The notes under the pieces are model-generated. The model did no database searches, was not told the origin of the DNA, and was given only the letters and a program-made list of their open reading frames with translations. From the NCBI RefSeq assembly GCF_964213995.1, contig NC_135808.1, positions 20,336,001-20,400,000 of the forward strand: a stretch of 64,000 bases of DNA, given 5' to 3'. Positions 51,846 through 61,243 of the stretch are shown here, piece by piece (the first letter of the stretch is position 1; each line of letters begins with the position of its first letter). The position numbers and the translations under genes are program-made. Source of the stretch: Mustelus asterias. Its lineage: Eukaryota.

Positions 51846-54152
51846 GTGAGTTGACTGCTTATCATAAACTAAAATGTCCCACGGTAGCCATTGGTTCGGT
51901 CAACCTGTTAGTGCATAGTGGTGGAATTAACGCCGAGGAACTTGCATGTAAAAGAAAGATTTAATAACGTAATGAACCTCTTTACAGGATGCAGGCTTAT
52001 ATCAGTCAACCGACTATTAATATTGCCACACACACCCGTTCTGTTTAACAGTTATCCTTATCATTATTCATTCGTGGGACATGGGCGTCGCTGGCTGGCC
52101 AGCATTTATTGCCCTCCCCTAATTGTCCTTGTTCACAGGGCAATTGAGAGTCAACTACATTGCTGTGACTCTGGAGTCATATGTAGGCCAGACCTGGTAA
52201 GGACGGCAGATTTCCTTCCCAAAAGAATATTCGTGAACCAGATGGGGTTTTCCGACAATGGTTTAATGGTCATTGGTAGATCGTTAGTTCCAGATTATTT
52301 TTTTATTGAATTCAAATTCCACCTTCTGCCGTGGGGGGATTTGAACCTCTATCCCCAGAACATTAGCTGGGTTTCTGGATTAATAACCCAGCGATGATGC
52401 CACTCGGCTATCGCCTCCCCAATCAGATCAGCAAAACATTTAGATCGCAACTGTGAGTAATTCTGCACGTAGACACAATGGGTGGATCAAATATATGGCC
52501 AGATAGGGATAGATCTTACAAACTAAAGGTATATCCAAGAAAACACGAGGTAATTGGAGGGGGAGTGGGGGGGGGGGGGGGGTGGGGGGGGGCGGAGGGG
52601 GGGGGGGGGGTGAGGGGGGGGGGTGGGGGGCAGCGGTGGTGGGCGATGTGGATGTTCCTCTTGGTGGAAGGATTGAAAGCAAAAAAGGTACAGATTTAGG
52701 ATAATTAGAAAAAGAAGAAATGGAGATGTGAGAGTAGGCCAGTAAGTCTGTCCAGTACGCTCCGCCATTTAATGAGATCGAGGCTCATCATCTATTGCAG
52801 TGTGTTTTTATCCGTCACCATTTGACCCTGGAAGCATGATTTTCAGAGTTGGAATGGTGCATGGAGACAGTTTGCAGCATTCGCGGGTCTGACAGCACCC
52901 ATAGAGAGGTGGTCACACCACAGCTGAAGGAACCCGAGAAAGGAACTGAATGGGTGGCTACTAGGCAGTACAAGAGAAACAGGCAGGTAGTTCAAAAATC
53001 CCCTGGGTTCTCGTTCACCACATATTATTCCATTGTGGAGGCTGGGCTTGAAGTTTAGCGGGAATGTGAGGAAAAGCCTATTTTACCCAGTGTGGTGACC
53101 GTCTGGAATACTGTAACTGGAATGGTGGTAGATGTGAGTAGCCTCAAAGCCTTCATAAAGGACATTGATGAGCATTTGACACGTCGTAACGTTCAAGGCT
53201 ATGGTAAGTGGGATGTCAGATGTTCCTAATGTGTCGTTATAGGCTCGATGGGCCAAACGGCCTCTTCTGCACTGTATGATTTCATGATTCTATAATGCTT
53301 GAGATCTTTAATACTCAGAAATCTATCAAGCTGTGTCTTGAACATATTTGAAGATTTGGGGCGGCCCGGTGGCACAGTGGTTAGCACTGCAGCCTCACAG
53401 CTCCTGGGTTTGAATCCAGTCTCGGGTTACTGTGCGGAGTCTGCACGTTCTTCCTGTGTCTGAGTGGGTTTCCTCCAGGTGCTGCAGTTACCTCCCACAG
53501 TCCAAAGATGTGCCGGGTAGGTGCATTGGCCATGCTAAATTGCCCCTTAGTGTCCTGGGATGCGTAGGTTAGAAGGATTAGCGGGGTAAATGTGTGGGAT
53601 TACGGGGATAGGGCCTGGGTGGGATTGTTGTTGGTGCAGACTCGATGGGCCAAATGGCCTTCTTCTGCCTGTAGGGATTATATGGTTTCTATGGAAGATT
53701 GAGCTGGGGTAATAAGTCCCGAAGATTCACCAGCCTCTGATTAAATATATTCCTCCTCATCCCCCTCCGAAACAGTCTGCTCCTTATGCTGACACACTGC
53801 CCACTGGCTCGAGAACTACCCCCTACCCTCCTCCACCCACCATCCCCCAAACCCCCACCCCTCCAGCCAGAGGAAATATCCTTCCTGCAATTATTTTGTC
53901 CAACGTTGTAATAATATTGTACACTGCAATGAGATCAACTATTACTCTTCCAAACGCTAGAGAATACAGGCCCAGTCTCCTCTTTCTCGTGGAACAAATT
54001 TAACATCTCAGGGATTAGTCTGGTTAACTTTATTTGAGGATATACTGTCCGTATCTATGGACAGTATATCCTTCCTTAACTAAGGACAGTAACACTGCAA
54101 ATGATACTCCAGATGTATTCTCAGCACAGCTCTGTACAAGTGCAGCAAGAGA

Positions 54153-55237
54153 TTTAACAACACCAGGTTAAAGTCCAACAGGTGTATTTGGTAGCAAATG
54201 CGATTAGCTTTCGGAGCGCTGCTCCTTCGTCAGATGGAGTGGATATCTGCTCTCAAACAGGACATACAGAGACACAAAATCAAGTTACAGAATACTGATT
54301 CGAATGCGAATCTCTACAGCCAACCAGGTCTTAAAGATACAGACAATGTGAGTGGAAGGAGCATTAGGTACAGGTTAAAGAGATGTGGATTGTCTCCAGA
54401 CAGGACAGCCAGTGAGATTCTGCAAGTCCAGGAGGCAAGCTGTGGGGGTTACTGATAGTGTGACATGAACCCAAGATCCCGGTTTAGGCCGTCCCCAGAG
54501 GCAGAATGCCCGTGACCGCTGAAGTGCTCCACCACAGGAAGAGAACAGTCTTGCCTGGTGATTGTCGAGTGGTGTTCATTCATCCGTTGTTGTAGCATCT
54601 GCATGGATTCCCCAACATACCATGCCTCGGTACATTGAAAATTGGGGAAACTATGCAGACGCTACGACAACGGATAAATGAACACCACTGGACAATCACC
54701 AGGCAAGACTATTCTCTTCCTGTGGGGGAGCACTTCAGCGGTCACGGGCATTCAGCCTCTGATCTTCGGGTAAGCGTTCTCCAAGGCGGCCTTCACGACA
54801 CACGACAGCGGAGAGTCGTTGAGCACAAACTGATAGCCAAGTTCCGCACACATGAGGACAGCCTAAACTGGGATCTTGGGTTCATGGCACACTATCAGTA
54901 ACCCCCACAGCTTGCCTCCTGGACTTGCAGAATCTCACTGGCTGTGCTGTCTGGAGACAACACACATCTTTTTAACCTGTGCCTAATGCTCCCTCCACTC
55001 ACATTGTCTGTATCGTTAAGACCTGGTTGGCTGTAGAGATTCGCATTCTAATCAGTATTCTGTAACTTGATTTTGTGTCTCTGTATGCCCTGTTTGAGAG
55101 CAGATATCCACTCCATCTGACGAAGGAGCAGCGCTCTGAAAGCTAATGGCATTTACTACCAAAATAAACTGTTGGACTTTAACCTGGTGTTGTTAAAACT
55201 CTTACTGTGTTTACCCCAGTCCAACGCCGGCATCGCC
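54153..55237. mobile_element. Penelope-like element with inverted pseudo-LTRs and GIY-YIG endonuclease C-terminal fragment (ORF 54635-54901)
   Basis: IGET.QTLRQRINEH...PVGEHF...R...E..LI..F.T....LN.D.GF; about 330-bp inverted arms; 15-bp TSD ACAAGTGCAGCAAGA at 54136-54150 and 55238-55252. Confidence 0.9.
55113..55149 (+). ncRNA. Minimal hammerhead ribozyme motif in Penelope pLTR (inverted partner at 54201-54237, minus strand)
   Basis: CCAU-CUGACGA-A-GGAGC/AGC/GCUCU-GAAA-GCU-A-AUGG; stem I CCAU:AUGG covaries relative to the CAC:GUG copies. Confidence 0.7.
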
Positions 55238-55916
55238 ACAAGTGCAGCAAGACAGGAAGAAAAATGTTTTAGCTCTGTGTGTGTGTGCGTGTGTGGGTGG
55301 GGTGGGGGGTTGCTGGGGGGAGCGGTGCGAGGAGTTGGAATGTGCTGCTTGAGATTGTTTTGGAGTTGGGTATAATCGCGGCATTCAAGAGGGAATTGAA
55401 TTCTTATCTGAGAAGGAAGAATGTGCATGGCAAATGGGAGCGGCTGGAGAGTGACTAGGGCAAAATACCCCTTCGGAGAGCCAACACAGACACGACCTCC
55501 TGCAGTACAGTAAGCCATCTGTGATTCAATTGCATTTAATCTGGTAGCCACTCATTATGCTGTCCTGCCGTTCCGTTATCCTCTGTTCCTATATCACTTT
55601 GCCCCTCTCCGAATACCCAGCCCATATTGACACATGTGCATGCATCTGACACATATAAAGCCAACTCCTCTCTCATAGAACGATGGGAACAGATTACGCG
55701 TTGAAACATGTTGAATGTTTTGACAATGAATTTGGACACACGAGCGATTAGTCGGTCATGAGCTATGATTGTACGTGTCCTTCTCTCTGGCCATTGAGAT
55801 TGTAGGTCAAAGTGTAGATGTTAGTCCTGGGGCACTGTGAATATTCGTCATCAATGTGGAGAGTGAAATAGGAAATCAGGATCAGGGATGACAAATTCTT
55901 CTTTTCTCCCATTTAG

Positions 55917-56045
55917 GCAAAGCTCCGGAAGAATCGAATACAGAGGAATCCAGCGAATTGCCGAAATACTATACACTCATGTGTATCGGTGCTGGGGCAT
56001 TGGGTGTTTTTATTCTGTTCTCTGCATATTACTGCGTGAGAAAAG
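55917..56045 (+). CDS. NCR3: NCR3-like stalk + transmembrane exon (RKAPEESNTEESSELPKYYTLMCIGAGALGVFILFSAYYCVRK)
   Basis: Strong polypyrimidine/TAG acceptor, GTATGA donor, 129 nt, phase 1-1; about 24-aa hydrophobic helix followed by RK stop-transfer. Confidence 0.85.
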
Positions 56046-56447
56046 GTATGAAAGAACATTATTCCGCTTCCTTGTCTACCCGTAAAATGGATGCATGCAC
56101 GATGGACGGCACGGTGGAGCAGTGGTTAGCAGTGCTGCCTCACAGTGCCAGGGACCTGGATTCGATTCCCAGCTTGGGTGGCTGTCTGTGCGTAGTCTGC
56201 ACATTCTCCCCGTGTCTGCATGGGTTTCCTCTGGCCCTCCCACAGTGCGAAATAAAGTTAGCTGCATTGGCCATGCTAAATTCTCCCTCAGTGTATCCGA
56301 ACGTGTGGCAACTTGAGGATTTTCACAGTAACTTCATTGCAGTAAGCCTACCTGGGACAAGACTAAATTTAAAATACAAATGAAACTAGGACATAAATAA
56401 GGGCATGTGTGAATTCTCACTCCCCTCTTTCATGTTTATATCAACAG

Positions 56448-56469
56448 CTCATGGTTCACAGATTCAGAG
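56448..56469 (+). CDS. NCR3-like tail micro-exon A1 (AHGSQIQR)
   Basis: CAG/GTTGGT, 22 nt, phase 1->2. Confidence 0.7.
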
Positions 56470-56601
56470 GTTGGTCAATCTCCCCTCCACCCTCACCCTT
56501 TGCCCACAAGCATCCCTCTGTTTTTTTCAGAAATTGCCATATATTGCATTTTGTACTTTAAAATAATATGGTTTTTAAAAAGAAATCTGTTTGTGATTCA
56601 G

Positions 56602-56639
56602 AAGCAACGATCGGACTTTTGAAAATATTCCTCACGCTG
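56602..56639 (+). CDS. NCR3-like tail micro-exon B1 (SNDRTFENIPHA)
   Basis: CAG/GTAAGT, 38 nt, phase 2->1. Confidence 0.72.
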
Positions 56640-57008
56640 GTAAGTGACTTGTTCGACATGCATTATTTTACTGCTGGAAACACGTTTCAGTAATGGGCTG
56701 TAAAATAGTCTAGCTGAAATTAGGTAGTGAATAGTTAGCGAGTCAGCATGACTCAGAGGTTTCTGCTTTATTATGGATGGTCTTACCTTGCTTATCTTTG
56801 GTGAAGAGTCCCAATCATTCAGATGGTCCCCTAGTGTGACCGGTGTTCCTCCTTAACTGTTTTAAACATTAACTTTTAGGTTATAACATTTATATTTTGT
56901 GATCTGCAGTGTACTATTTCCTGATTATGTTGAGTAAGATACATTAAATTCTACACTACATATTTTAATATTCAGCAAATGGAGAAGAACAGAAATTGAA
57001 TCAGTTGG

Positions 57009-57345
57009 GGGTGGCATGGTGGCACAATGATTAGCACTGCTGTCTCACAGCGCCAAGGACCCAGGTTCCATCCCCGACTTGGGTCACTGTCTAAATGGGG
57101 TTTGCACATCCTCCCCGTGTCTGCATGGGTTTCCTCCGTGTGTTCTGGTCCCGCCCCGCCCCCCCCCCCCCCCCCCCCGGCACACTCCAAAGATGTGCGG
57201 GTTAGGTTGATTGGCAATTGCCCCTCAGTGTCAGGGGGACTAGCAGAGTAAATATGTGGGGTTACGGGGATAGGTGGGATTGTGGTCAGTACAGACTCGA
57301 TGGGCTGAATGGCCTCCTTCTGCACTGTAGAGATTCTATGATTCT
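57009..57345 (+). mobile_element. HE1-type SINE with internal poly-C expansion, in an NCR3-like tail intron
   Basis: Head/core/tail recognisable. Confidence 0.88.
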
Positions 57346-57475
57346 TTGATTGATTAGATAAACGGGAGTGGTAAAGCTTAGTTGAAATCAGTATCGTATC
57401 TTAGCTGGATTGTGGTTGGAAGGCTGTAAATAAGAGAAGTTAATGATAGCTGTTCTCTATTGCCTTTGATTTTAG

Positions 57476-57503
57476 CAGCACCGGATCCTTCAGCATTACA
57501 ACG
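57476..57503 (+). CDS. NCR3-like tail micro-exon A2 (AAPDPSALQR)
   Basis: TAG (NAGNAG alternative at 57479)/GTCAGT, 28 nt, phase 1->2. Confidence 0.68.
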
Positions 57504-57613
57504 GTCAGTGGACATTGAAGACCAATCTCATAATTTCTTCATTTAAAAAAATTAATTGATATGCTTTCCGACATTCAATTCAGTGACATTATTGTTTTCC
57601 ATTGAATCTAAAG

Positions 57614-57648
57614 CAATTGTGCGCCTTGCGATGTTGTCAATTTGCATG
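57614..57648 (+). CDS. NCR3-like tail micro-exon B2 (NCAPCDVVNLH)
   Basis: AAG/GTGAGT, 35 nt, phase 2->1. Confidence 0.68.
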
Positions 57649-57872
57649 GTGAGTATGTAATAGTAAGTCAATCTCCTTAACAGTTCGATTACTGAATCAT
57701 CATTCAGGCATTCAGAATGATATTTCTCATTAGGAAAGTACTTCATTATATTTTCGAACAATTATTGCATTTAGGAGGTTCATGTGATTGTCACATCTCC
57801 TCACAGTACCAAACGTGCTTGGCGTGTTTGCATTTAATGATAAATCTTAGTTTTTGACTTTTTTTCCCACAG

Positions 57873-57894
57873 AATTAGACACAGAAGTGCAAAG
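57873..57894 (+). CDS. NCR3-like tail micro-exon A3 (ELDTEVQR)
   Basis: Strong TTTTTTTCCCACAG acceptor/GTTAGT, 22 nt, phase 1->2. Confidence 0.75.
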
Positions 57895-57988
57895 GTTAGT
57901 TTCTGGTTATGGCAGTAATGAGACTTTTAAAAAAAATAGTTCTGCGCTTTTGTTTCATATATATGCAATTTTGTTTTATCTTTGGCAG

Positions 57989-58038
57989 ACCCTGTGTGGA
58001 TAGCAGTGTTTCCGCCTATGATGAAATTAACCTACCTG
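57989..58038 (+). CDS. NCR3-like tail micro-exon B3 (PCVDSSVSAYDEINLP; ITIM-like SAYDEI)
   Basis: CAG/GTAAAT, 50 nt, phase 2->1. Confidence 0.75.
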
Positions 58039-58192
58039 GTAAATAAAGCACATTCATAGTACTGAACCTTCTTCTCAGCAGGGTTAGGGAGTACATGTGC
58101 TCTCATGTCTTTTGCATCAGAGCAATGTCATAGGTGATCCGTGACATATGCCAAGCAAACTCCATTTACTCTGGTGGGACATTGTATAATTA

Positions 58193-58515
58193 ATCATAGA
58201 ATCCCTACAGAGCAGAAGGAGGCCATTCGGCCCATTGAATCTGTATTGACGACAATCCCAGCCAGGCCCTATGCCCGTAACCCCACACATTTACCCTGCT
58301 AATCCCCTGACACTAAGTTGCAATTTAGCTTGGCCAATCAACCAAACCCACACATCTTTGGAGTGTGGGAGCAAACCAGAGCACCAGGAGTAAACCGATG
58401 CAGACATGGGGAGTACGTGCAAACTCCACACAGACAGTGACCTGAGATCAAAATTGAACCCCGGTCCCTGGCGCTGTGAGGCAGCAGTGCTAACCACTGT
58501 GCTGCTATGCCACCC
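58193..58515 (-). mobile_element. HE1-type SINE, antisense, in an NCR3-like tail intron
   Basis: Head/core/tail recognisable; inverted relative to the copies at 57009 and 58704. Confidence 0.88.
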
Positions 58516-58703
58516 AATATAAATGGAAGATAATGCCATGTGATTCATGTGATGCCCCTTCCACCATGTATCTCCCCCAACCCTTGTTTATCAACTAACT
58601 ATTCAACTCAGCCATAGCTTAGCTCAATGACCCAGCCTCCACTGCAGAAGAGAATTTCACAGACGAACGACTGCCTGAGAAAATAAAAATGGTCCTAATC
58701 TAA

Positions 58704-59045
58704 TGGGCGGCACGGTAGCACAGTGGTTAGCCCTGCTGCTTCACAGCTCCAGGGACCTGGGTTCGATTCCCGGCTTGGGTCACTGTCTGTGTGGAGTTTG
58801 CACATTCTCCTCGTGTCTGCGTGTGTTTCCTCCTGGTGCTCTGGTTTCCTCCCACAGTCCAAAAATGTGCGGGTTAGGTTGATTGGCCATGCTAAAATTG
58901 GCCCTTAGTGTCCTGGGATGTGTAGATTAGAGGGACTAGCGGGTAAATATGTAGGGATATGGGGGTAGGGCCTGGATGGGATTGTGGTCGGTGCAGATTC
59001 GATGGGCCGAATGGCCTCTTTCTGTACTGTAGGGTTTCTATGATT
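58704..59045 (+). mobile_element. HE1-type SINE
   Basis: Near-consensus copy. Confidence 0.9.
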
Positions 59046-59426
59046 TCTACGCCTTAGATGGGACACCCCTTCTTCGTAAACTATGTCCCCCAGTTCTAGA
59101 TTTGCCCACAAGGGAGAAACATCCTCCCAGTATCCAACCTGCCAAGTCCCCTCAGGATCTTATGTGTTGCAATAAGATCACATCTCATTCTTCTACACTG
59201 AATATTAATCCAACTGTCTGAGTGATAATTTATTTCCAATATGGTTTCCAATAGCATAACTAATCCCCTCATTGAAAAAAAACTCAAGTTTCCCTCTGGT
59301 ACTGTTGTCAATGTAAACCTAAGTTCTATAATCAGTAACCCACCCGTCATGGAAACAGTCTCTTTTATTCAATGTGTCTTCAGATGGATTGTATTAATTT
59401 TTCATCGTTATTCATTGTTCTTGCAG

Positions 59427-59448
59427 AATTTGATCCGACTTTGGAATG
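59427..59448 (+). CDS. NCR3-like tail micro-exon A4 (EFDPTLEW)
   Basis: TTGCAG/GTTGGT, 22 nt, phase 1->2. Confidence 0.72.
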
Positions 59449-59550
59449 GTTGGTGAATCTCAGATTTGATATCTTTTGTCACTTTGATTGGAATTGATCT
59501 GTAGTCTGAGTAAAAATGTAGTGACAACGATCTCTTTTTTTATCACCAAG

Positions 59551-59585
59551 GGATGAGATAGGATATGAAGAAACCATCCTGGATG
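59551..59585 (+). CDS. NCR3-like tail micro-exon B4 (DEIGYEETILD)
   Basis: T-tract + AAG/GTGAGT, 35 nt, phase 2->1. Confidence 0.75.
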
Positions 59586-59796
59586 GTGAGTTTCACCTAT
59601 GAAAGATTTGTGCAATTTTTCCAAAGGCCGCCGTTCAGTAAGATTTCGGTTTCTGGCTAAATAGCTCAGGAGTAGCTTGTGTAATTGGCTGTTTGCTAAT
59701 GCATTGTCCGCCACCTCCTCGTCAAACTCAGACATGGCTAAATGCAATTTTGTTACATAGTTGTGGTCTCTTTATTTATTATTTGTATCTTCACAG

Positions 59797-59818
59797 ACTT
59801 TCCCCAGCCTTTTCAATG
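59797..59818 (+). CDS. NCR3-like tail micro-exon A5 (DFPQPFQC)
   Basis: TCACAG/GTGAGT, 22 nt, phase 1->2. Confidence 0.75.
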
Positions 59819-59924
59819 GTGAGTAGAAATCGGCTAAGATTTCACTTTCTTCCTTCGTGTTCATCTAAGGTGTCCCACATGTTTGGAACCAATGTCACTC
59901 TAATCTTTTTCCTTTGTTGTTCAG

Positions 59925-59959
59925 TGAGGAAGAGTTCTATTCCGAAGTTGCTCAGCTTG
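59925..59959 (+). CDS. NCR3-like tail micro-exon B5 (EEEFYSEVAQL)
   Basis: Long pyrimidine tract + CAG/GTAAGG, 35 nt, phase 2->1. Confidence 0.75.
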
Positions 59960-61130
59960 GTAAGGATTTTTCGTTTTCTCCTTGGCAGATAGTATTGCCC
60001 ATATTAGCCTTTCAAGTACATTTGTTCGAATTTCATTTAGTCCGGTTATGAAAAGAATTAAGACATTCTCCTCGTGTCTGCATGGGTTTCCTCCGGGTGC
60101 TCCGGTTTCCACCCGCACTCCAAAGATGTGCGGGTTAGGTGGCTTGGCCATGCTAAATTGCCCCTTAGTGCCAGGGGGACTAGCGAGGGTAAATACATGC
60201 GGTTATGGGGATAGGGCCTGGGTGGAGATTATGGTCGGTGCAGACTCGATGGGCCGAATGGCCTCTTTCTGCACTGTAGGGGATTCTATGATTCTATGAT
60301 TCCTTGTTGGCGTCACTGACAAGGCCAGCATTTATTGTCCACATGGATTGCCTTTGAAACAATTGAGATGTTTGCTGTACCACTTTAGACATCAGTTATG
60401 GATTAATTACATGTGAAATTGAAAAGCAAGTCGCGTGGTGACCTTGCAACCATAGCCGTTTGTTGGAAAAACCCAACTGGTTCACTGATGTTCTTTAGGG
60501 AAGGAAATCTGCCGTCCTTACCTGATTTGGCCTGCATGCGATCCCAGAGCCACAGCAATGTGGCTGACTCTTAACTGCCCTCCGAAAAGGCTGTGCAGTT
60601 CAAGGGCAATTAAGGATGGGCAACAAACGTTGACATTAACAGCGATGCCCATGCCCCACGAAATAATTAAAGTAAAAACATTGCTGTGAGGCTGGAGGCA
60701 CAGACAACCGAGGGATGGCAGATTTCCTTGAAGAACGTACGTGAAGCAGATAAGAGTTTTGCCACAATCTATTAAAACGCAATAAAGGGAACTCCGTTAT
60801 GTAGCCAACACCTATCGCTGTAGTTAATGAGGGAAAAATAAAGGTCCTTCATGTTAAAGTATATTTTACTATTGTACCGTCAAGTTTTGTCCTGCAATAT
60901 AAAATGTACTGTTCCTTTTTTGTCTTATCGATAAGGTATACGCTGTAACCAAACTATATCGTGTACCATTAGACATTGTACGCAGCGAATGTTACAAACT
61001 GCCTGTTAATGTTATGTGATTGTTTGAACTACAGAATGCTTATCCTCAACGCCTGTATATTAGAACCGCCATGTGCATTTATAGCAACCTATCTGTTGCT
61101 CGTTTCAGAATTGTATTCTTTTGTTTTTAG

Positions 61131-61243
61131 ATGCGATAGATCTGGTTGGTGCGGTGTATGAGACCGATTTAAAGGGTGTGGTACGTACACTTACAGTTAC
61201 TGAAATCGAGGCGAAGAATATATTTCCTGTTTATATATTATGA
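61131..61243 (+). CDS. Candidate terminal exon of the NCR3-like gene (DAIDLVGAVYETDLKGV...VYIL*)
   Basis: TTTTGTTTTTAG acceptor, open in phase 1, another Tyr motif (VYETD), AATAAA at 61321. Uncertain: an internal GTACGT donor and an alternative acceptor at 60935 exist. Confidence 0.3.

Noticed and set aside
51416-51964. 182-aa ORF as a single-exon gene or rearranging TCR/Ig V segment
   Set aside because: Flanks are intronic read-through beyond clear splice sites; J-like motif is germline-fused and no RSS was seen.
56910-56933. 24-nt CAG/GTAAGA-flanked candidate exon (VYYFLIML)
   Set aside because: Does not fit the A/B size, phase or sequence pattern, is hydrophobic, and lies too close to the next acceptor; not excluded without RNA data.
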